64,000 nucleotides of DNA, from positions 10,372 to 74,371 of the forward strand of contig QZKC01000083.1 in assembly GCA_003599425.1 (NCBI GenBank), written 5' to 3'. Made by a program: the position numbers and the translations under genes. Of the stretch, positions 8,867 to 17,302 are shown one piece after another (position 1 is the stretch's first letter; each line of letters starts with the position of its first letter). This DNA is from Nitrospiraceae bacterium (GTDB lineage: Bacteria > Nitrospirota > Thermodesulfovibrionia > UBA6902). The notes under the pieces were generated by a model. That model worked only from the letters and a program-made list of their open reading frames with translations. It made no database searches and was not told the DNA's origin.

Positions 8867-11638
8867 ATGTTAGTGTCGAGAAGACAATTTCTCAAGACAA
8901 GCGCCGCAGTGAGCGCCGCAACCGCGATAGGCATGACCGTTCCTGATGAATTAATGGCAATAGCTGAAGAGACACAGGCAGGATGGCGATGGGACAAGTC
9001 AGTCTGCAGGTTTTGCGGTACAGGATGCGGGATCATGGTCGCCACAAAAAACGACATGATCGTCGCTGTAAAGGGAGACCCCCTTGCCCCGGTAAACATG
9101 GGACTGAACTGCATCAAGGGTTATTTCAATGCAAAGATCATGTATGGGGCTGACAGGCTTACAGACCCTCTGATGAGATTGAATGATAAAGGCGAATTCG
9201 ACAAGAAAGGCAAATTCAAACTGGTCACCTGGAAAAAGGCCTTTGAAGAAATGGCAAAACAGTTCAGGAAATACTACGGCGAACTCGGGCCCACAGGTGT
9301 CGCTCTCTTCGGTTCAGGCCAATACACGATCATGGAAGGGATAGCTGCCGTAAAACTGATGAAAGCGGGTTTCAGGAGCAACAATATCGATCCGAATGCC
9401 AGGCACTGCATGGCAAGCGCAGTCGCAGCATTCATTCAGACCTTCGGCATTGACGAGCCTGCGGGAAACTACGATGATATGCACTATGCTGATTCGATTG
9501 TCCTCTGGGGAGCAAATATGTCCGAGATGCACCCGGTCCTTTGGTCCAAGATAACTGACAGGAAGCTGAGCAAATCCGACTGGGTGAAGATCGTGAACAT
9601 ATCTACTTTCGCAAACAGGTGCTCAAGCCTTTCAGATCTCGAAATAATCATAAAACCCAACACAGACCTTGCGCTCCTGAATTACATTGCACGGGAGATC
9701 GTCTTCAATCGCCCTGAAGCGATAGACTGGGATTTTGTAAACGCCAATTGTGTTTTTGCGACCGGCCCTGTTGATATCGGGTACGGATTACGTTCAGAAA
9801 CCAGCCATTCCAGATACAAATTGAGCGAACTCGATACCGCCACCAGGGAGATATCAAAGATCATCACCAAAGAAGAAGCTCATGCAATGAGTTCCCTCGG
9901 CATACAGGAAGGCCAGAAAATGGAGATGAAAAATGCCGCAGCCGCAGGCAAACACTGGCTTATAAATTTTGAAGATTTTAAAAAGGGACTCGAACCATAC
10001 ACTCTGAATTTTGTTGCGGAGCTCGCAAAGGGAGATCCGGACGAATCTCTGGACGAGTTCAAAAAGAAACTGCTGACGCTCGTGGATTTCTATGCTGACA
10101 AGAAAAGAAGGGTCACCAGTTTCTGGACCATGGGATTTAACCAGCATGTGCGCGGCACATGGGTCAATGAACAAATATATACGGTCCACCTCCTGATCGG
10201 GAAGCAGTCGCAGCCCGGCAATAGCGCCTTCAGCCTTACAGGGCAGCCGAGCGCGTGCGGGACTGCCAGAGAAGTCGGCACCTTCTCTCACAGGCTTCCT
10301 GCTGACATGGTCGTTGACAATCCCGGCCACAGGTCGGTCACGGAAAAGTTATGGAAGCTCCCCGAAGGAACACTGAATCCTGTAATTGGTTCACACTATG
10401 TAAAGATTATGAGAGATATGGAAGACGGAAAGATCAGGTGGGTCTGGGTTCAGGTAAACAATCCCTGGCAGAATACAGCCAATTTAAATCACTGGATAAC
10501 TGCCGCCAGAGAAATGGACAATTTCATCGTTGTGTCAGAGTCATATCCCGGAATTTCAGCCAAAGTAGCTGACCTGATCCTTCCCAGCGCTATGATATTT
10601 GAAAAGTGGGGGGCCTACGGCAATGCTGAAAGACGGACGCAGCACTGGAAACAGCAGGTGACCCCGGTTGGCAATGCAATGTCCGATACCTGGCAGCTTG
10701 TGGAGTTCTCAAAAATGATCACGCTCTCAGAAGTGTGGAAAGAACACAATATAACAAAAGATGTAACTATTCCCGGCGTTCTCGACAAGGCAATGGCGAT
10801 GGGCTATAAGGAGACCGATACCCTTTATGACGTCCTCTTTGCAAACAGCGAGGCGAAGTCATATAAATGGCCTGACCCTGTCGGGCAAGGTTTTATTAAT
10901 TCCGAGGCAGCCGGCGACACGAGAAAAATAGAGGGCTTTAAAGGATGCGGTTTCTTTATTCAGAAATATCTCTGGGAAGAGTACAGGAAATTCGGTATGG
11001 GGAACGGACATGATCTTGCAGACTTCGATACCTACCACAAGGTAAGAGGACTGAGATGGCCTGTTGTCGACGGTAAAGAAACTCTCTGGAGATTCAATGC
11101 CGAGTATGACCCCTATGCCAAGGCCGCCAATCACGGCGCATTCGCCTTTTACGGAAAGGCAATGAAAGAGCTGCCTTCAGGCGACCTCTCCGGCCCTAAA
11201 GGGGAAGAGAAGTTCAAATTGCCGAACAAGGCAAAGATATTCCTGCGGCATTATATTGAACCTGCGGAAATACCGAGCAAGGAATATCCGCTATGGCTCT
11301 GCACAGGCAGGGTTCTTGAGCACTGGCACACCGGTACAATGACCATGCGCGTGCCTGAACTTTACCGCGCAGTCCCCGAAGCGGTCTGTTTCATGAGCCC
11401 AAAAGATGCAAAGGGGTATGACTTCAAGGACGGAGACCTCATCTGGATCGAGTCAAGAAGAGGAAAAGTGAAGGCACATGTGGAAACACGGGGACGGAAC
11501 AATCCTCCGCGCGGGCTGATCTTTGTCCCGTGGTTCGATGAACACGTCCTGATAAACAAGGTAACGCTGGACGCAACCTGTCCGATCTCTAAAGAGACGG
11601 ACTTCAAGAAATGCGCGGTGAAGGTGTATAAGGCTTAA
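8867..11638 (+). CDS. napA: periplasmic nitrate reductase catalytic subunit NapA (long form)
   Basis: 923 aa with SD AAGGAGG. Tat signal [19 protein letters not shown] and [4Fe-4S] motif CRFCGTGCG. Collinear NapA strings are present: [58 protein letters not shown] and [13 protein letters not shown]. Confidence 0.95.
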   Translation: MLVSRRQFLKTSAAVSAATAIGMTVPDELMAIAEETQAGWRWDKSVCRFCGTGCGIMVATKNDMIVAVKGDPLAPVNMGLNCIKGYFNAKIMYGADRLTDPLMRLNDKGEFDKKGKFKLVTWKKAFEEMAKQFRKYYGELGPTGVALFGSGQYTIMEGIAAVKLMKAGFRSNNIDPNARHCMASAVAAFIQTFGIDEPAGNYDDMHYADSIVLWGANMSEMHPVLWSKITDRKLSKSDWVKIVNISTFANRCSSLSDLEIIIKPNTDLALLNYIAREIVFNRPEAIDWDFVNANCVFATGPVDIGYGLRSETSHSRYKLSELDTATREISKIITKEEAHAMSSLGIQEGQKMEMKNAAAAGKHWLINFEDFKKGLEPYTLNFVAELAKGDPDESLDEFKKKLLTLVDFYADKKRRVTSFWTMGFNQHVRGTWVNEQIYTVHLLIGKQSQPGNSAFSLTGQPSACGTAREVGTFSHRLPADMVVDNPGHRSVTEKLWKLPEGTLNPVIGSHYVKIMRDMEDGKIRWVWVQVNNPWQNTANLNHWITAAREMDNFIVVSESYPGISAKVADLILPSAMIFEKWGAYGNAERRTQHWKQQVTPVGNAMSDTWQLVEFSKMITLSEVWKEHNITKDVTIPGVLDKAMAMGYKETDTLYDVLFANSEAKSYKWPDPVGQGFINSEAAGDTRKIEGFKGCGFFIQKYLWEEYRKFGMGNGHDLADFDTYHKVRGLRWPVVDGKETLWRFNAEYDPYAKAANHGAFAFYGKAMKELPSGDLSGPKGEEKFKLPNKAKIFLRHYIEPAEIPSKEYPLWLCTGRVLEHWHTGTMTMRVPELYRAVPEAVCFMSPKDAKGYDFKDGDLIWIESRRGKVKAHVETRGRNNPPRGLIFVPWFDEHVLINKVTLDATCPISKETDFKKCAVKVYKA

Positions 11639-11659
11639 GAAGTAGAGAGTAGAGAGAAT

Positions 11660-12448
11660 ATGATGCCGGAAAGAAGAGCGTTTTTAATCAACTCGATCAG
11701 GAATCTCGGCCTCGCAGCTTCAGGAGGCATGGTGTGGAGCGTCTTTGTTGAAGAAGGCAAATCTGCTCCGTTTATCCTGAGGCCCCCTGGCGCGCTGCCT
11801 GAAGCAAAGTTCATTGCCTCGTGCATAAAATGCGGGATGTGCGTTGAAGCATGCCCCTACGATGCGCTTACGCTTGCTGAACCTGGAGATAATAAACCTG
11901 TAGGAACCCCATATTTTATCCCAAGGACAAACCCGTGCTATATGTGCAAAGACATCCCATGCGTCCCGGTCTGTCCAAGCGGGGCGCTTGATGCATCACT
12001 CGTCAGCAAGAAAGACCTAAATGGAGAAACGAGACTGAACATTGATCTCGCAAAAATGGGGCTCGCCGTAATAGACAGGGAAACCTGTGTCGCGTATGCA
12101 GGTATCCAGTGTGATGCCTGCTACCGCGCATGCCCCCTGATCGATAAGGCGATCACAGTCGAATATACGCGGCTTGAAAGGACAGGTAAACACGCCATAC
12201 TGGCGCCTGTTGTTCACAGTAGCGCCTGTACAGGATGCGGGCTATGCGAGAAGGCGTGCGTAACGAAAAAGGCGTCCATTTTTATTCTTCCCCGTGAGAA
12301 AGTAATGGGCGAATCAGACATGAGCTATATAAAAGGCTGGGATGCCCAGGATGAAGAACGTCTGAGAGAAGCGCCAGAGGAAGTAACAACAAAGACCCCG
12401 AGAAGCAGTAAAAATCCTGTGGATTATTTGAATCAGGAGGAATTCTAA
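11660..12448 (+). CDS. napG: NapG, periplasmic 4x[4Fe-4S] ferredoxin subunit of the quinol dehydrogenase
   Basis: 262 aa. Tat-like N-terminus RRAFLINSIRNLGLAASGG. Four Cys clusters (CIKCGMCVEACP, CYMCKDIPCVPVCP, CDACYRACP, CTGCGLCEKAC). It lies immediately after napA. Confidence 0.85.
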   Translation: MMPERRAFLINSIRNLGLAASGGMVWSVFVEEGKSAPFILRPPGALPEAKFIASCIKCGMCVEACPYDALTLAEPGDNKPVGTPYFIPRTNPCYMCKDIPCVPVCPSGALDASLVSKKDLNGETRLNIDLAKMGLAVIDRETCVAYAGIQCDACYRACPLIDKAITVEYTRLERTGKHAILAPVVHSSACTGCGLCEKACVTKKASIFILPREKVMGESDMSYIKGWDAQDEERLREAPEEVTTKTPRSSKNPVDYLNQEEF

Positions 12449-13252
12449 TTGAAAAAATATAAATACCTCATAGCACGAAGATTGACGCAGTCGGCCATAC
12501 TGTTTCTCTTCTTTGCCGGCAACGCATCCGGCTGGCAGGTATTAAAAGGCAATCTGAGTTCAGCAAAGGCCTTCGATCTCATTCCGCTTTCTGACCCCTT
12601 TGCTGCCCTGCAGATCACTTCAACAGGGACCTTGCTGGCCTGGAACGCGGTAATCGGCGCTGTGATAATTTTTCTCATATATGCAATTGCAGGGGGAAGA
12701 CTGTTTTGCGGATGGGTCTGTCCTGTAAATATGGTGACTGACCTGGCTAACAGATTAAGGGATGTTTTCATCGGAGATGCTGCCTTGAGATCATGGGAGA
12801 TCAAGAGGGGAATACGATACTGGGTCACAGGATTGTCATTGATACTGTCCGCACTGCTTGGAGTCGCGGCATTTGAATGGATAAGTCCGATAGGAACCCT
12901 GCACAGAGGGATCATTTATGGGATAGGCCTTGGATGGGCCTTTGTAGCAGCCGTGTTCTTTTTTGATCTCTTTGCTGTGAAGAATGGTTTCTGCGGCCAT
13001 GTCTGCCCCCTCGGCGGCTTCTATGCGCTTACAGGCAGGTTCGGTTTTTTGCGCGTCGGCTATGATAAGGATAAGTGCACGTTGTGCATGAAGTGCCTTG
13101 ATATCTGCCCCGAAAAACAGGTCCTTTATATGGTGGGACAGCAGAGCGGAGCCGTTGTATCCGGGGAATGCATAAACTGCGGCAGGTGTATCGAGGTCTG
13201 CCGGGATAATGCCTTGCGGTTCAGCAATATATATTCAAAAAAATTCTCATGA
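12449..13252 (+). CDS. napH: NapH, membrane-bound Fe-S quinol dehydrogenase subunit
   Basis: The TTG start abuts the napG TAA. It has hydrophobic helices with CGWVCP and CGHVCP motifs. The C-terminus carries two ferredoxin motifs, CTLCMKCLDICP and CINCGRCIEVC. Confidence 0.85.
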   Translation: MKKYKYLIARRLTQSAILFLFFAGNASGWQVLKGNLSSAKAFDLIPLSDPFAALQITSTGTLLAWNAVIGAVIIFLIYAIAGGRLFCGWVCPVNMVTDLANRLRDVFIGDAALRSWEIKRGIRYWVTGLSLILSALLGVAAFEWISPIGTLHRGIIYGIGLGWAFVAAVFFFDLFAVKNGFCGHVCPLGGFYALTGRFGFLRVGYDKDKCTLCMKCLDICPEKQVLYMVGQQSGAVVSGECINCGRCIEVCRDNALRFSNIYSKKFS

Positions 13253-13272
13253 ACAAAAAGGAGGATCAAGTC

Positions 13273-13821
13273 ATGTCGAGAAAAAGCCGTACTGTGCTGA
13301 CAATTGTCATTGCCGGAATAATGTCCTTATGCGCAGTCCACACGTATGCGCAGCAGGAAAAAGGATTTTCATCAGAGGATCTCGGCATCAGAAAAGAGTC
13401 ATTATATGACGAGAGCTCTGAAACGCCCCTGCACGGAGAGCCTATCAGAAAAGAGCCCGGAGAGAGCAAGAGGTTTGAGAGGTCCTTTGAGAACAGCCCG
13501 CCGCTAATCCCCCATGACATAACCGGCATGCTGCCTATCGCTCAGACAGATAACCTGTGCATGGGATGTCACATGCCTGCTGAAGCAGGAGCCACAGGCG
13601 CTACACCTATACCCAAATCTCACTTTGTAGACCTCAATACAGGAATGGAACTTGGAGGGAATCTGGATGGAGACCGCTATAACTGCATGCAGTGCCATGT
13701 CATGCAGACCACCATTACTCCGCCAGTAAAGAATCTCTTTAAAGGCGAGTTCAGAGATAAGAAGGGTAACTACAGGTCAAACCTGCTGGATGTCCTGAAT
13801 GAAGGGGTAACGACAGAATAA
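13273..13821 (+). CDS. napB: NapB, dihaem cytochrome c small subunit
   Basis: Signal peptide (TVLTIVIAGIMSLCAVHTYA) and two CxxCH motifs (CMGCH, CMQCH). A strong SD AAGGAGG lies 7 nt before the ATG at 13273. The track start at 13249 overlaps the napH stop as ATGA and is the alternative start. Confidence 0.85.
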   Translation: MSRKSRTVLTIVIAGIMSLCAVHTYAQQEKGFSSEDLGIRKESLYDESSETPLHGEPIRKEPGESKRFERSFENSPPLIPHDITGMLPIAQTDNLCMGCHMPAEAGATGATPIPKSHFVDLNTGMELGGNLDGDRYNCMQCHVMQTTITPPVKNLFKGEFRDKKGNYRSNLLDVLNEGVTTE

Positions 13822-13840
13822 ATCTTAAGGAGGGAGCAAT

Positions 13841-14140
13841 ATGAACGTATCAAGCATAGTTGTAAAAACAGTCCCGGGACAGCTTGCTGAAGCTATTGAT
13901 GCACTTAATGCCCTTGACTTCTGTGAAGTCCATTTTTATGACTCTGAAGGAAGGATAGTCGTGACCATAGAAGGTAAACGTATAAACGACCAGATGGAGA
14001 TCATGAAACGCATCCAGAACATGCCTTTTGTGCAATGCGCAGACCTGGCATATTCCTATTGCGAAGGCGAGATGAGAGAGTCGCTCAGGGGAATAAATGA
14101 AATCCGGAAAAAAGACTCCTTGTGCCGGGATGAAGGATAG
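13841..14140 (+). CDS. napD: NapD, NapA Tat-signal-binding chaperone
   Basis: 99 aa with SD AAGGAGGGAG. The N-terminus MNVSSIVVKT...FCEVHFYDSEGRIVVTIEG matches the NapD pattern. It is the last gene of the nap cluster. Confidence 0.75.
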   Translation: MNVSSIVVKTVPGQLAEAIDALNALDFCEVHFYDSEGRIVVTIEGKRINDQMEIMKRIQNMPFVQCADLAYSYCEGEMRESLRGINEIRKKDSLCRDEG

Positions 14141-14181
14141 ATGTTTAGACTAAATCAGGATATCTATTTTCTATTCCGTCC

Positions 14182-14754
14182 CTATTCATCATTATCTTTA
14201 TTCCCCTTCTGTTTCCCTTTCTCCATCTTCCACCGGAATGCGACATCCTGAGCTTTTTTGTAGTACTTCTCCTTCATAGCTCCGGGGATTACGGTGCTTA
14301 GCACTTCTGCAGACCTTATCACATAGGGAAGGGTCTTTGACTCTTTCAGGAGCCTGCTGTCAGAAGGAAGAAATGTAACCAGTACCACGGTAACAGCGAT
14401 AACAATAAGTCCTCCTTTTACAAAGCCCAATACTCCTCCGGTTACTCTATTCATCCAGTCAAGGTCCGACTTCTTTAATAACCTTCCAAGCATCCATCCG
14501 GCCAGAGAAGCTATGATTAAGATGAAAATAAAAATGACGGTGAAACTCACGATCTTCTTCAAGTCCTGTCCGGCAACCGGTATGACATTTGAAAGCCCTT
14601 CGTAGTATTTCTTTGCGAAAATATAGCCGATGATCACACCGCCCAGAGAAAATACCTGCCTGATCAGCCCTTTCCAGAGCCCCAATATAAAGGCTGTACA
14701 AATAGTAATTATGATGCAGATATCAAGGGTATTCATAGAATCCGCTTTCTGCAA
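14182..14754 (-). CDS. cvpA: CvpA-family integral membrane protein
   Basis: 190 aa with four hydrophobic helices and a basic C-terminal tail. The layout and N-terminal segment (LDICIIITICTAFILGLWKGLIRQVFSLGGVIIGY) resemble the colicin V production protein family. Confidence 0.6.
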   Translation of the reverse strand: MQKADSMNTLDICIIITICTAFILGLWKGLIRQVFSLGGVIIGYIFAKKYYEGLSNVIPVAGQDLKKIVSFTVIFIFILIIASLAGWMLGRLLKKSDLDWMNRVTGGVLGFVKGGLIVIAVTVVLVTFLPSDSRLLKESKTLPYVIRSAEVLSTVIPGAMKEKYYKKAQDVAFRWKMEKGKQKGNKDNDE

Positions 14755-14991
14755 TAAGGATACACTTTTTCCAGGGAAGATAAAAGACCTATCAGATGTT
14801 GTCAGAATGACAGCATTTTGCCAAAACGACTGTAAATTTCATTTATCTGAAAATAGAAATATGGCAAACATAATTACATGAAGCTGCTCTTCGCTGGGGA
14901 AATGCTGCTCTATAAAATTATAAAAACATTTTATCAATGCAGGTATATTCTTTGCGAGTCTTTCATATATAAAGTTATTTAAAAATATTTG

Positions 14992-15019
14992 TTGACAACA
15001 ACATAAAATAGTATAAAAT
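14992..15019 (+). promoter_or_regulatory. sigma70-type promoter candidate
   Basis: TTGACA (14992-14997), a 16-nt spacer, then TAAAAT (15014-15019). It lies about 40 nt upstream of the small ORF at 15058. Confidence 0.45.
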
Positions 15020-15057
15020 TACTCCAAAAGGGCACAACAAAAAGAAGGGGGGCCCAA

Positions 15058-15183
15058 ATGATGCTGTTCTTGTTAGGATTGATTGCTGGGAGTATCCTTG
15101 GGATGTTCATCATGGGATTATGTGCAGCAGGAAAAATGAGGAACAGTCTTGAGGAGAGATCAAATCCATTGCTGAAAATATAG
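15058..15183 (+). CDS. 41-aa single-TM small protein (below the ORF-track cutoff)
   Basis: ATGATG is preceded by the SD-like GAAGGGGGG. Translation is MMLFLLGLIAGSILGMFIMGLCAAGKMRNSLEERSNPLLKI: one hydrophobic helix and a charged tail. A promoter-like hexamer pair lies upstream. Confidence 0.35.
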   Translation: MMLFLLGLIAGSILGMFIMGLCAAGKMRNSLEERSNPLLKI

Positions 15184-15309
15184 CATGGATTGAGCGTTCT
15201 GATATATCTCTCCGCAAAAGAGATGATCTGCCTACCGTAACGATCTCGTGATCGCTTTTATTTGTTTTATTCCTTTTGCCGCCTGATTCACGTGCACTTT
15301 TTTCTTCGG

Positions 15310-15338
15310 TTGCACACAGTCAAAAAAACGTCTATAAT
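15310..15338 (+). promoter_or_regulatory. sigma70-type promoter candidate for the EF-hand gene
   Basis: TTGCAC (15310-15315), a 17-nt spacer, then TATAAT (15333-15338). It lies 38 nt upstream of the ATG at 15377. Confidence 0.5.
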
Positions 15339-15376
15339 GAGCTTAAACAGGATACACATTTTAAAAAAGGGGCACC

Positions 15377-15814
15377 ATGAAGAGAACGATAATGAAATTT
15401 ATTACAGTGACATTCCTGGCGGTTTCATGGACCGGGTCAACATGGGCAATACACGACCTGTTCCGGGCCATGGACGCTGACAAGGACGGGAAGGTCTCAC
15501 AGGAGGAGTTTTCCCGGGATATGGAAAAAGCCGCCTTTGACAGACTGGACACAAATAAAGACGGGGTCCTTACCTCTGATGAGTGGAGGATGATGGACTT
15601 TCTCGATGAAAGCGATAAAAAGCAGGAGGTCTTCCGACATATCGATACAAATGCAGACACAGGGATCAGTTTCCCGGAATTTTCAAATTACGTGGAAAAA
15701 TATTCGAACATAGAAGAAGCATTTATGATAACTGACAAGAACAAAGACGGAAGCCTCTCTCCTGATGAGGTCACATTACGTCCTTTGTTCAGGCTTATTA
15801 CTATTCGCTACTGA
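15377..15814 (+). CDS. secreted EF-hand calcium-binding protein (four EF loops)
   Basis: Signal peptide FITVTFLAVSWTGSTWA. Four Dx[DN]xDG-type loops are present: DADKDGKVSQEEF, DTNKDGVLTSDEW, DTNADTGISFPEF and DKNKDGSLSPDEV. Confidence 0.8.
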   Translation: MKRTIMKFITVTFLAVSWTGSTWAIHDLFRAMDADKDGKVSQEEFSRDMEKAAFDRLDTNKDGVLTSDEWRMMDFLDESDKKQEVFRHIDTNADTGISFPEFSNYVEKYSNIEEAFMITDKNKDGSLSPDEVTLRPLFRLITIRY

Positions 15815-16062
15815 CCTGACTCCCTGTTTTCATCAAACTTCTTAAGGAGGTCTTGTTTTTTAATTCGTCCGTTCAGGGTTGAGCCGTCCCTGAATTCAAA
15901 TACCGGTATGTCGAACCTGTATAATTCGTACAGTTCATCATCAGAGTCAATCGCTACCCTGGCAACCCTGATATCGTACTTCTCCTTCAGGCCGTTCAGC
16001 ATTTCCTCAGCACTGTCACAGAGCCAGCAACCTTCCTTGTAATAAAAAGTTACCCTTACCAA
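15808..16062 (-). CDS. glutaredoxin-like small thioredoxin-fold protein (DUF836-like)
   Basis: The core VRVTFYYKEGCWLCDSAEEMLNGL...IPVFEF carries a CxxC at the expected position. The track ORF starts at 16137 and overlaps the upstream gene by 65 nt. A TTG at 16062 gives a typical protein of about 84 aa. Confidence 0.6.
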   Translation of the reverse strand: MVRVTFYYKEGCWLCDSAEEMLNGLKEKYDIRVARVAIDSDDELYELYRFDIPVFEFRDGSTLNGRIKKQDLLKKFDENRESGQ

Positions 16063-16072
16063 CCGTATCTTG

Positions 16073-16531
16073 CTACCCGCCTGATCTGCTGCTTCTCGGC
16101 GGGAAAGCTTTTTCTGTGCATTCCGGGCAGATACCATGAGTAAACTCTGTGTCAGTCTTCCGGTAAATATAATCCTCTATCCTCTCCCATCTCCCTTCGC
16201 CGTATTCCTTGCCGGTATCGTCCCTGATCCTTTTACAATATGAGCAGATGGGAAGCAGCCCTTCAAGAAGCTTTATGTGCTTCTGCTTCTGGGTGATCTT
16301 GTTTACGTAAAAGACATTGATAATCCCTACGATCATCCCAAAAAAACCGAAAAATGCTGCCATAGGCAGATGAGGCCTGTTGAATGCATGCAAAAAGCTT
16401 TTGAAATCTATCTTGATCATGGGGAGAAAAAGTCCCTGGAATACCAGTGAAAACGGGTGAATGACAGCGAAGCCGAAAAGAAAACCGATGAACATCCCTA
16501 TAAAATATTTTTTCAGAAATCCATTTTCCAT
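16073..16531 (-). CDS. membrane protein with a C-terminal CxxC...HGxCPxC zinc-ribbon-like module
   Basis: 152 aa. Three hydrophobic helices are followed by ICSYCKRIRDDTGKEYGEGRWERIEDYIYRKTDTEFTHGICPEC. Confidence 0.6.
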   Translation of the reverse strand: MENGFLKKYFIGMFIGFLFGFAVIHPFSLVFQGLFLPMIKIDFKSFLHAFNRPHLPMAAFFGFFGMIVGIINVFYVNKITQKQKHIKLLEGLLPICSYCKRIRDDTGKEYGEGRWERIEDYIYRKTDTEFTHGICPECTEKAFPPRSSRSGG

Positions 16532-16615
16532 TTAACCATTATAGCATTTCGATTATGTAAAAATTATGCATAACGTGAAGCATTCTAAGTTATTTCGTCC
16601 TGCTGTCTGTTCCGT

Positions 16616-17122
16616 TCACCCATTTCCCCTGGCAAGAGGAAAGTCAACAATGAACCGCATATAACGGATCAGAGATTCATCTATACATTTATTGTGGCGG
16701 GTCGCCAGAATCACAATTCCGTTATATTGCTCGATCTTCTGAAGCAGATATTTTAGCTCCATATTGGTATAACGTTCATGACTGTCACTTACTTCCGCAC
16801 GCTTTCCGAACAAAACATCAGCCTCATCAAAAAAAAGCATAGCTCCCGTGGAAGAGGCCTTGCTGAAGATGTCGGACAGGTTCTTTTCTGTCTCAGCGAT
16901 ATACTTACTCACGACTGAAGAAAGATCTATCCTGAAGAGTTCAAGGCCCAGCTCAGCAGCGATTATGTCAGAAGCAATGGTTTGGCCCTTCCCTGAAGGG
17001 TCCGCAAACAGCACGGGAAAACTCTTGCCGGTATACGTCCTGAAGCGGCGTATCAACTCCTCAAACCCCTCGCTTCCGTATATGACTATCCTGGGAATTT
17101 TTTTTACCTCTTCGCTTTCCAA
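16616..17122 (-). CDS. short AAA+ ATPase-family protein with a degenerate P-loop
   Basis: 168 aa. The Walker B/sensor context is intact (LFFDEADVLFGKR, VILATRHN, IVDFPL) and SKYIAETEKNL is conserved. The P-loop position reads DPSGKGQT instead of GPxGxGKT. Confidence 0.6.
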   Translation of the reverse strand: MESEEVKKIPRIVIYGSEGFEELIRRFRTYTGKSFPVLFADPSGKGQTIASDIIAAELGLELFRIDLSSVVSKYIAETEKNLSDIFSKASSTGAMLFFDEADVLFGKRAEVSDSHERYTNMELKYLLQKIEQYNGIVILATRHNKCIDESLIRYMRFIVDFPLARGNG

Positions 17123-17302
17123 CCATGTGTCCCCATACTGAAATTTTCTTTCATGACATATAATGGTTCCCCTGGAAAAAATTATATATGAAAGCCATTT
17201 GGTTAATCCAGTGTTTTATTTCCTGAGCCTGTCAAGGAACTGCGTAGCGATCCGGCAACTGACTCGTTGCAATAACCACACAATCTGATATGATTTTGAT
17301 AG

